This document shows, in pieces, positions 17,053-24,524 of a DNA stretch of 64,000 nt (position 1 is its first letter; every line of letters starts with the position of its first letter). Both the position numbers and the translations under genes were made by a program. The notes beneath the pieces were generated by a model. The model was not told the DNA's origin. It searched no databases and saw only the letters and a list, made by a program, of their open reading frames with translations. This DNA comes from Patescibacteria group bacterium (GTDB lineage Bacteria; Patescibacteriota; Patescibacteriia; 2-01-FULL-39-33), in assembly GCA_041645075.1 (NCBI GenBank), contig JBAZQS010000001.1, positions 9,147 through 73,146 of the forward strand, in the 5' to 3' direction.

Positions 17053-18657
17053 TCATAATGTGATGTCCATAGGGGCGGTAACTGCAATCTCGGTTGCATC
17101 AGCCGCCGCCGGCTTATGGCTATTCATCAACAACTTATAGGTGTAACTATCCAGCAATGCGTTCCAGCAGGCCTCAATGATGTTTTCGTGGACCCCCATC
17201 GTTGTCCAAGTTTTACTGCCATCAGTGAAATCGACCAGCACTCTCACTTTAGCGGCCGTCCCTCTGACGGCATCAATAATCCGAACCTTAAAGTCGATCA
17301 ATTTTACTAATTCAAGGTCAGGATAGATTTTGCGCAATTTACGTCGCAACACCTCATCCAGGGCATTGACCGGACCATCACCAGCGGCATTATGCCATTG
17401 GTCTTCGCCCGCCACTTTCATTTTAAGATTAGCTTCAGTTTGGATCGGCTGATTTTCCCACTTATTAATAGTAATCCGTAGCCCGACAAACTCGAAAAAT
17501 TTTGGTAATTGACCCAGTTCTCGAAGAACAAAAAGGAGAAAAGAAGCGTCAGCGGCGCCAAAATTCGCCCCCATGTCAACTAGCTCCTGATGGCGAGCCG
17601 CGATGGCAGTCAATTTATCATCAGGAATATCAATTCCCAGGTGTTTAGCTTTGGCGGTAATATTTGCCCGACCAGATTGATCGGTTACTCCTCCTCGCAT
17701 ACGATTGCCGATCAACTCGGGGTTAGCATGAAAATAGCTGCCTGGATCACGTTCTAGCCCGGACTCATGCATACCGGCCTCGGTATAAAAAGCCGAATCG
17801 CCAACCCAGGGTTTCTTGGGATCCGGAGTAATATTAAGGGCATCGCAAACCAGCAGGTAAACTCGCGTCAGTCGCTTAAGTTGGTTGGGGTTAAAACTCT
17901 TGTTGCCATAATTAAAGCAAATATTGGGGATGAAGGTGGTTAAGTCCATATTGCCCGTGCGTTCGCCAACACCGCCGATTGTCCCTTGGATATGACACAC
18001 CCCCTCACTGAAAGCGGCTTCGGCGTTAGCCAAAGCTAAACCTCGATCATTGTGGGTGTGAATTCCCAATTTTTTAATAGGAATTAATTCCTTAACGTTA
18101 GTAATCGTCTGAATAATCTTTTGCGGTGTCATTTTCCCGTTAGTGTCGCATAAAACGATCCAGTGAGCCCCTGATGTTAGGGCGGCTTCTAAGGCCTGGA
18201 GGGCATAATCACGGTCATCTTCCCAAAATGCCTGGAAAAAGTGTTCGGCATCAAAGATAACCTCTAAGTCAGCATTGGCAAGAGTAGTAATAGAATCTCT
18301 GATTAACTGCAGATTTTGCTCGGGGGTTTTGCGCAGGGAAATTTCCGCGTCACGTTTTCGGGATTTACCAACTAATACGGCTACCGGTACTTTCAGGCCT
18401 AAAATTGCCTTCACGTCATTAGGATGAGTTCGGCCAAATGCCGATACCTTAGCTTTTAAATTAAGATCAAGCGCCTTGGTAATTCTTAACCTCGCCGCCT
18501 CATTAGCCGTGGCGAATCCAAGTTCTAAATAAGAAACCCCTAAAGAGTCAATCGCTTGGATGGCCTGAATGATTTCCTGGCGATTAGCGGCTTCCACATT
18601 TTCCCCTTGGATGCCATCACGAAACGTCGTATCAAGAATTGATAATTTTAAATTCAT
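17053..18657 (-). CDS. 2-isopropylmalate synthase / citramalate synthase family protein (LeuA/CimA-like)
   Basis: 534 aa. N-terminal TIM-barrel DRE-TIM motifs (DTTFRDGIQ, HTHNDRGLALANAEAA) and a C-terminal LeuA-dimer-like regulatory domain. Confidence 0.8.
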   Translation of the reverse strand: MNLKLSILDTTFRDGIQGENVEAANRQEIIQAIQAIDSLGVSYLELGFATANEAARLRITKALDLNLKAKVSAFGRTHPNDVKAILGLKVPVAVLVGKSRKRDAEISLRKTPEQNLQLIRDSITTLANADLEVIFDAEHFFQAFWEDDRDYALQALEAALTSGAHWIVLCDTNGKMTPQKIIQTITNVKELIPIKKLGIHTHNDRGLALANAEAAFSEGVCHIQGTIGGVGERTGNMDLTTFIPNICFNYGNKSFNPNQLKRLTRVYLLVCDALNITPDPKKPWVGDSAFYTEAGMHESGLERDPGSYFHANPELIGNRMRGGVTDQSGRANITAKAKHLGIDIPDDKLTAIAARHQELVDMGANFGAADASFLLFVLRELGQLPKFFEFVGLRITINKWENQPIQTEANLKMKVAGEDQWHNAAGDGPVNALDEVLRRKLRKIYPDLELVKLIDFKVRIIDAVRGTAAKVRVLVDFTDGSKTWTTMGVHENIIEACWNALLDSYTYKLLMNSHKPAAADATEIAVTAPMDITL

Positions 18658-18727
18658 AACTAATTTAGATGATTTAACCCGTAGGTTGTTTTTCTTTCTG
18701 CGCCCGCCAGGCCGATAATATTTTTTA

Positions 18728-18811
18728 TGCCGAAGGAGAGAATCGAACTCTCATGACCGTAAGGCCACACGATTTTGAGTCGTGCGCGTCTACCAATTCC
18801 GCCACTTCGGC
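18728..18811 (-). tRNA. tRNA-Leu (anticodon CAA)
   Basis: Minus-strand sequence GCCGAAG-TG-GCGGAATTGGTAGACGC-GCACGA-CTCAAAA-TCGTG-long variable arm-AGAGTTCGATTCTCT-CCTTCGGC-A. Confidence 0.85.
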
Positions 18812-18823
18812 TTATTAATTTTA

Positions 18824-18896
18824 GTAGCAGGGGCGGGAGTTGAACCCGCGACCAATGGCTTATGAGTCCACTGCTCTACCACTGAGCTACCCTGCC
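18824..18896 (-). tRNA. tRNA-Met (anticodon CAT; elongator-type, could be tRNA-Ile2 if lysidinylated), copy 1
   Basis: GGCAGGG-TA-GCTC-AGTGGTA-GAGC-A-GTGGA-CTCATAA-GCCAT-TGGTC-GCGGG-TTCAACT-CCCGC-CCCTGCT-A. It lacks the three G-C pairs of initiator tRNA. Confidence 0.8.
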
Positions 18897-19020
18897 GCAT
18901 TATCACTAAAACACAAAAGCACAGAAAACACAGAAAGCACAAAAACGTAGACCAGATAGTTGTTTCTATGTTTTTGTGTTTTTGTGCTTTAGTGCTTTTG
19001 TGATTTCTGTTGCGGGGGCC
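18897..19020. repeat. Imperfect hairpin / repeat block (cacaaaagcacagaaa motifs) upstream of tRNA-Met copy 1
   Basis: aaaacacaaaagcacagaaaacacagaaagcacaaaaac ... gtttttgtgtttttgtgctttagtgcttttgtg are approximately reverse-complementary. The block is ~75% identical to 21076-21185. Confidence 0.6.
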
Positions 19021-19029
19021 GGATTCGAA

Positions 19030-19102
19030 CCGGCGACCTGCGGGTTATGGGCCCGCCGAGCTGCCAACTGCTCTACCCCGCGTCATTTTTAAACTTTTAT
19101 TA
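19030..19102 (-). tRNA. Initiator tRNA-fMet (anticodon CAT)
   Basis: CGCGGGG-TA-GAGC-AGTTGGCA-GCTC-G-GCGGG-CCCATAA-CCCGC-AGGTC-GCCGG-TTCGAAT-CCGGC-CCCCGCA-A. C1-A72 mismatch and GGG/CCC anticodon stem as in E. coli tRNAfMet. Confidence 0.85.
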
Positions 19103-19385
19103 TTTTAGCATAGAATTGCCGCTTTGGCAAGAAACGGTCACAAAAACAAAAAAACACAAAAGCACAAAAAAACATGGAAACAGGAAAATGAAAATTACAG
19201 AAAAAATAAAGTATTAATTAAATTAATTTTTTTGTTTTAATATTTTCGTGTTCCAATGTTTTGATTTTATTTTAAAATAGAGGTATAATTTAAAGTAGTT
19301 TATCGTCGATTTGAATTATTATTTCCTATAACTATCAGCTTCAGTAAATAATTAATTTAAACATTTAATTACTTATTTATTAACC

Positions 19386-20954
19386 ATGGATAAAAAAATA
19401 AAATTAAAAACTCTATCTGGCCAAAAAATTGCTATCGGTTTTTTGCTGTTTGCTTCCGCCTTCTCACTTCTTGGTACTGCCGTGATGATGGCCATAGCTC
19501 CTAATCCCGTCATTGTTAGTTTTATTTCTCTTATTGACCCTAATAAAGCCACTATTTGGCGTGTCGGTGATACCGTGCAAATCAAATGGAACGCCTCTGC
19601 TGAAGTAAGGTATGTAGCCATGACTTGGACGAAGATTAATAATACGACCAACCGTATTGCCGGTTGGATTACTCCGCCCATGACCGGAGTAGTCAACACA
19701 GGCTCATATTCTTGGAAAATACCCTCAGTAGAACCCAATGGATATCGCTGGAATAATTCGCTTAATAAATATGACAATCCCGTGACCTTAAAAATGGAAT
19801 CCGGTTCCGATTATATTATTCAAATTTTTAATCATGACGGTCTTGATCATACCAGCGATCCCACGGGTAATACTGGAGCCCTGCTTCCATTTGTGGGGAG
19901 TGATTACTTTAATATAATAGCAGATAAAAGCTTTTTAGATTGTCCAATCAGTTATAAGCTGATATTGGTTTCCCAAGCCCATGTTGGCAATTTTAAAGAT
20001 GGTTCGGTTAGCAGTCCATTTAATACTTTAGATGAGGCCAAGGCGGCCGCTCAGGCGGATAGTAAATTAACCAGCGCCGCGCCCGGGTATTGCATTTTTT
20101 TGAATGGAGGAGAAGTGTTTACTAATTTTACTTCTCATAAATATGAAAATGATGCTAAAAGCAAATATGCTTTCGTCTGGGATTTAAACAAGCCCTTGGT
20201 TATGAGCAGTTATGGCACGGGTAAGGCGATTATCAGACAAAAGGATACGTCTATGCCGCCCTCGGCCCTTCTTATCGTCGGTCCGGATACCAAAACCTAT
20301 AATACTGAAGTTAAAATTCAGAAACTTCAATTTGAAAAATGGCAGGCACGGGTTATTTCCATTCGGTATCGTTCCAACGTTAAAATTGTAAATAATGTTA
20401 TTGATAGCGTCGGTACCAAATTTTTAGGGGATGAGGGTACCTCTGGTAATGGTGATAGCGATAGAATTTATGGTGATGGCATAATTTATCCCAAGGATTC
20501 AGATAATCTTATTTTTGACGGTAATATTATGACAAATATGATTAATAATACCAATGGCTCAGACAATAAGTATGATGATGTCCACGCTTTTTATTTGACT
20601 CGAGTTAGTAATGTTACCATTTCAAATAATACTATCAAAAATACCAGTGGCTCGGCCATAAAACCGAGTAAGGGCAGTAGTGATATCAGAATTTTAAATA
20701 ATATCCTAAGTTATGTCGCTCCCTATGTTGGTCAGGGCAGTTATGATCAATTGGGTTTTATTCGCTTGGATGGCGATAGTGGTTGTCCTAGTAACATTAC
20801 CGCTCAAAACAATATTTTTAATTATCCTTATTGTACTGGTTCTAGTTGCTCCGGTAATAAAAAAGCGCAACTTTGTTCCCAGGTTCATTGTAGCGGCTCA
20901 TGTAGTAGTAATATTAATTGGGTTAATAATACAGTGAACCTAAACTGGCAATAG
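19386..20954 (+). CDS. Secreted right-handed parallel beta-helix (pectin-lyase-fold) protein; paralog of the C-terminal domain of the 4092-aa giant protein
   Basis: Signal peptide. C-terminal ~330 aa align with the end of ORF 39303..51581 (GYCI(F/L)L(N/K)GG(E/D)(V/T)FT(N/T)FTSH, KWQARVI, DGNxxTN, NNTIKNTSG/NNTITNISG, YPYCTGSSCS). Confidence 0.75.
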   Translation: MDKKIKLKTLSGQKIAIGFLLFASAFSLLGTAVMMAIAPNPVIVSFISLIDPNKATIWRVGDTVQIKWNASAEVRYVAMTWTKINNTTNRIAGWITPPMTGVVNTGSYSWKIPSVEPNGYRWNNSLNKYDNPVTLKMESGSDYIIQIFNHDGLDHTSDPTGNTGALLPFVGSDYFNIIADKSFLDCPISYKLILVSQAHVGNFKDGSVSSPFNTLDEAKAAAQADSKLTSAAPGYCIFLNGGEVFTNFTSHKYENDAKSKYAFVWDLNKPLVMSSYGTGKAIIRQKDTSMPPSALLIVGPDTKTYNTEVKIQKLQFEKWQARVISIRYRSNVKIVNNVIDSVGTKFLGDEGTSGNGDSDRIYGDGIIYPKDSDNLIFDGNIMTNMINNTNGSDNKYDDVHAFYLTRVSNVTISNNTIKNTSGSAIKPSKGSSDIRILNNILSYVAPYVGQGSYDQLGFIRLDGDSGCPSNITAQNNIFNYPYCTGSSCSGNKKAQLCSQVHCSGSCSSNINWVNNTVNLNWQ

Positions 20955-21003
20955 AATTTGAACATAAAAATACTCCAGATTAAATCCGGAGTATTTTTAT
21001 TTG

Positions 21004-21075
21004 TAGCAGGGGGCGGAGTTGAACCGCCGACCAATGGCTTATGAGTCCACTGCTCTACCACTGAGCTACCCTGCC
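21004..21075 (-). tRNA. tRNA-Met (anticodon CAT), copy 2
   Basis: Same as copy 1 except T-stem GGCGG/CCGCC. Followed by a block homologous to 18897-19020. Confidence 0.8.
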
Positions 21076-21190
21076 AGGATATCACTAAAACACAAAAACA
21101 CAGAAAGCACAAAAACGCAGATCAGATGGTTGTTTCTATGTTTTCGTGTTCCAATGTTTTCGTGCTTTCTGTGTTCCCGTGCTATAATAT
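21076..21190. repeat. Repeat block homologous to 18897-19020, containing a promoter-like cgtgttccaatgtttt...tataat also seen at 19238-19290
   Basis: atcactaaaacacaaaaacacagaaagcacaaaaacgcagatcagatggttgtttctatgttttcgtgttccaatgttttcgtgc. Confidence 0.6.
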
Positions 21191-21194
21191 ATTT

Positions 21195-21962
21195 ATGGGA
21201 CAAATAATTTCTGTCGTCAATCAAAAGGGCGGAGTCGGCAAGACCACCACCTCAATTAACCTCGCGGCTTATCTAAGTAAATTAGGTAAGTTTGTTTTGT
21301 TGGTGGACTTAGACCCGCAGAGCAACGCCACTTCCCATCTGGGCATTTCCCGCGAATTGGACCGGGGCGTTTATGAGGTTTTGACCGGCCCGTATTCTTT
21401 CAGGGATATTGTGGTGGACACCCAGCATGATTTTTACAAATTAGCGCCGTCCACTCAGTCCTTGGCTGGCGCCAATGTGGAATTTGTCAATTTGGACCGC
21501 CGCGAATTCCGTTTATATGATAATTTATTGGAAATAAGAAATGATTTTGATTATATCATTATTGATTGCCCGCCCTCTCTCGGCCTCTTGACTATCAATG
21601 GCTTAGTGGCGTCTGATAGAATATTAATACCGGTTCAAGCCGAATATTTTTCTTTGGAAGGGCTTGGCCAATTAATGTCTACGATTAATCTAATTCAGGA
21701 AAACGTCAAGCCCGAGCTTGATATTTTAGGCGTGGTTTTAACGATGTATGACCGCCGTTGTCGTTTAGCCAATGATGTCTTACAAGAAGTTTATCGTCAT
21801 TTCCCAAATAAAATTTTCCGCTCGGTTATTCCTAGAAATGTCCGCTTATCCGAGGCGCCGAGTTATGGCCAGACGATTTTAAATTATGACCCGAAGTCAA
21901 AAGGCGCCAAGGCGTATGAACGTTTAGCCAGAGAATTTGTCCAATATACCACTTCCCACTAA
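21195..21962 (+). CDS. parA: Chromosome partitioning ATPase ParA/Soj
   Basis: Start at MGQIISVVNQKGGVGKTTT (Walker A KGGVGKTT); the ORF track start at 21126 is an upstream extension. Confidence 0.9.
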   Translation: MGQIISVVNQKGGVGKTTTSINLAAYLSKLGKFVLLVDLDPQSNATSHLGISRELDRGVYEVLTGPYSFRDIVVDTQHDFYKLAPSTQSLAGANVEFVNLDRREFRLYDNLLEIRNDFDYIIIDCPPSLGLLTINGLVASDRILIPVQAEYFSLEGLGQLMSTINLIQENVKPELDILGVVLTMYDRRCRLANDVLQEVYRHFPNKIFRSVIPRNVRLSEAPSYGQTILNYDPKSKGAKAYERLAREFVQYTTSH

Positions 21963-21972
21963 CTTTAATTTT

Positions 21973-22896
21973 ATGCAAAAAATTTCCGGATTGGGCCGCG
22001 GTCTTGGCTCATTGATTCCCCATAAAAAAAGCTTGTCCCCAACCACGATTGGGGATAAGCTTGTCCCCAACCACGATTGGGGAATTGCGTCGGAAAATAA
22101 TAATGAATTTGCCTCTCTTGCCGATGGCCAGGAAAAAATTATTCCCTTGCCGGTTGATAAAATTTCGCCCAATCCCCATCAGCCTAGAAATAATTTTTCC
22201 GAAGAGAGTTTGCGGGAATTAATGGACTCAATCAAAGAGCATGGCATTATTCAGCCATTGATCGTTACCAAAGAAGGGGATGGTTGGCAATTAATCGCCG
22301 GTGAAAGAAGGTGGCGCGCGGCCAAGGCCTTAAAAATGGCAACCGTGCCGGCCATTATCCGCGATATGACCGAACAGAAAAAATTAGAAATTGCTTTGAT
22401 TGAAAATTTACAGCGCCAGGATTTAAATGCCTTAGAAACGGCGGCCGCCTATCGAAAATTAATTGACGAGTTTAATTTGACGCAGGAGCAATTGGCCAAG
22501 AGAATCGGCAAGAGCCGTCCGGCCGTGTCCAATACGATTCGTATTTTATCGGCGGCCGAAGAAGTAAAACAGGCAATTTTACAAGAAAAAATTACCGCCG
22601 GGCACGCGCGGGTCTTGGCCGGCTTGCCCAAAGAGGACCAACTGCTCTTGCTGCAAAAGATTATTGAGAGCACCATGAATGTCCGCGAGGCCGAGCGGGC
22701 CAGCCGAAATATCGTTATCCAAAAGCATATTCGCAATCTTCCGTTTTATCCGGATATTGAAGCGAAAAAGGATTTGCTCCAAGAGGTCTTGGCCACAAAA
22801 GTGGAAATAAAAAAATCCGGCGGCAGTGGCCAGATTATTATTAAATTTTATTCCGAGGAGGAATTGGAAAGTATTTTTAAGAAAATAGTTAATTAG
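21973..22896 (+). CDS. parB: Chromosome partitioning protein ParB (N-terminal region contains a 28-bp tandem direct repeat)
   Basis: MQKISGLGRGLGSLIP N-terminal motif. ParB box ...QPLIVTKEGDGWQLIAGERRWRAAKAL..., HTH. Tandem copies of aagcttgtccccaaccacgattgggg at 22029-22054 and 22057-22082. Confidence 0.88.
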   Translation: MQKISGLGRGLGSLIPHKKSLSPTTIGDKLVPNHDWGIASENNNEFASLADGQEKIIPLPVDKISPNPHQPRNNFSEESLRELMDSIKEHGIIQPLIVTKEGDGWQLIAGERRWRAAKALKMATVPAIIRDMTEQKKLEIALIENLQRQDLNALETAAAYRKLIDEFNLTQEQLAKRIGKSRPAVSNTIRILSAAEEVKQAILQEKITAGHARVLAGLPKEDQLLLLQKIIESTMNVREAERASRNIVIQKHIRNLPFYPDIEAKKDLLQEVLATKVEIKKSGGSGQIIIKFYSEEELESIFKKIVN

Positions 22897-22977
22897 TAAT
22901 TAGTAACTATTAACTAGTAACTGGTAATTTAATTTTTACTGATTACTGATTACTAATTACTAATTACTGATTACCGA
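22897..22977. repeat. Palindromic array of 7-bp repeats (ttactaa/ttactga) between convergent parB and rel
   Basis: taattagtaattagtaactattaactagtaactggtaa ... tactgattactgattactaattactaattactgattaccgatta; the two halves are reverse complements. Confidence 0.6.
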
Positions 22978-24438
22978 TTATTTCCTCATTTTATTTAACG
23001 CCGTCCTGATTTTGTTTTTAGCCATAGAGGTTTTGACATATTCCAGCCAATCCACGCTCGGCCCCCTGCGGTTTTTGTCGGTGATGATTTCCATGACATC
23101 GCCGCTTTTTAATTTATAATTTAAATTCACCATTTGGCCGTTGGCTCTGGCGCCCACATATTGATTGCCCAGAGAAGTATGGACATGGTAGGCGAAGTCA
23201 ATGGGTGTTGAGCCATCAGGCAAATCAAACACATCGCCTTTGGGGCTGAAGACAAAAATACGGTCCTGAAAAATTTCCATCTTTATGTCTCGTAAAAATT
23301 GCTCATTATCCCTGATTTGCTTTTGCCATTCTACTAATTCATTAATCCAGGGCAAATTTGGTTTGGCGATACTGCCATGTTCCTTATAATGCCAATGGGC
23401 GGCAATACCATATTCGGCTTCATCATGCATTTTGTCGGTCCTGATTTGAATTTCTATGATTTCGCCGTCATCGGCAAAGACCGTCGTATGGAGCGATTGA
23501 TAGCCGTTGGGTTTGGGCTGGGCAATATAATCTTTAATCTGGCCGGGCAATGGCTTATATAATTCATGGATAATACCCAAGACATAATAGCAATCACTGA
23601 CCGTCGGGACAACAATCCTTAAAGCGATTAAGTCATAGATTTTTGACAAATCCCGGTCGATCTCGGGCTTTAATAATTTTTTGTATAAACTGTAAATATG
23701 TTTGGTTCGCCCGTGCATAGATAATATTTTAATCGGGATATTTTCTGCCGCTAATTTTCTGCTGATTTCTTTTCTGGTTTTGTTGAGGTGTTTTTCTTTG
23801 CTTTTATATTTTTTCGGTAAAATTTGCCTGATCCAATCATACTCATTAGGATAAACATATTTAAAAGCAATATCTTCCAGTTCGCCTTTGATTTGGCCCA
23901 TGCCCAAGCGATCGGCGATGGACGCGTAAATTTCCAATGATTCGCGGGCAATGCGCAGTCGTTTGTCTGGGGGCAAGGCATCCAAGGTTTTTAAATTATG
24001 AAGACGGTCGGCGAATTTAATCAGCACCACCCTGATATCGTCGCTCATGGCCACAAACATTTTTCTTAAATTTTCCGCGTAACGTTCTATGCCGCGATAT
24101 TTTATTTTTCCTAATTTAGTAATGCCATTTACTAGCGTGGCCACTTCTTTGCCAAAATTTTTCTTTATTTCTTCAATCGGAAATTTGGTATCTTCTGGCA
24201 CATCATGAAGCAGGCCGGCAATAATTGTGGGTAAATCAAGACGGGTTTCGGCCAATTTTTGCGCCACGGCCAATGAATGGAGTATGTATGGTTCGCCCGA
24301 GGCGCGCCGTTGCCCGCGGTGCGCTTCCTCGGCAAAATCATAAGCCAATCTAACCATATCCAAATCATTTTCCGAATAGTTTTCTTTGATGGTTTGGATT
24401 AGTTTTTCCCATTCTTTTTGCGGCGTGGTCGGTTCCAT
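22978..24438 (-). CDS. rel: RelA/SpoT-family (p)ppGpp synthetase/hydrolase (HD + synthetase domains, short form)
   Basis: HD motif LHDVPEDT. Synthetase-domain residues (RxKxxxSxxxK-like), 486 aa; lacks the long C-terminal regulatory region. Confidence 0.85.
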   Translation of the reverse strand: MEPTTPQKEWEKLIQTIKENYSENDLDMVRLAYDFAEEAHRGQRRASGEPYILHSLAVAQKLAETRLDLPTIIAGLLHDVPEDTKFPIEEIKKNFGKEVATLVNGITKLGKIKYRGIERYAENLRKMFVAMSDDIRVVLIKFADRLHNLKTLDALPPDKRLRIARESLEIYASIADRLGMGQIKGELEDIAFKYVYPNEYDWIRQILPKKYKSKEKHLNKTRKEISRKLAAENIPIKILSMHGRTKHIYSLYKKLLKPEIDRDLSKIYDLIALRIVVPTVSDCYYVLGIIHELYKPLPGQIKDYIAQPKPNGYQSLHTTVFADDGEIIEIQIRTDKMHDEAEYGIAAHWHYKEHGSIAKPNLPWINELVEWQKQIRDNEQFLRDIKMEIFQDRIFVFSPKGDVFDLPDGSTPIDFAYHVHTSLGNQYVGARANGQMVNLNYKLKSGDVMEIITDKNRRGPSVDWLEYVKTSMAKNKIRTALNKMRK

Positions 24439-24524
24439 ATTTTGAGGGTATTATAGAATAGTTTGCATTTTAAATCAAAAAACGGGCAATTGGCCCGTTT
24501 TAGTAATTTTTTACGATTTACAAC

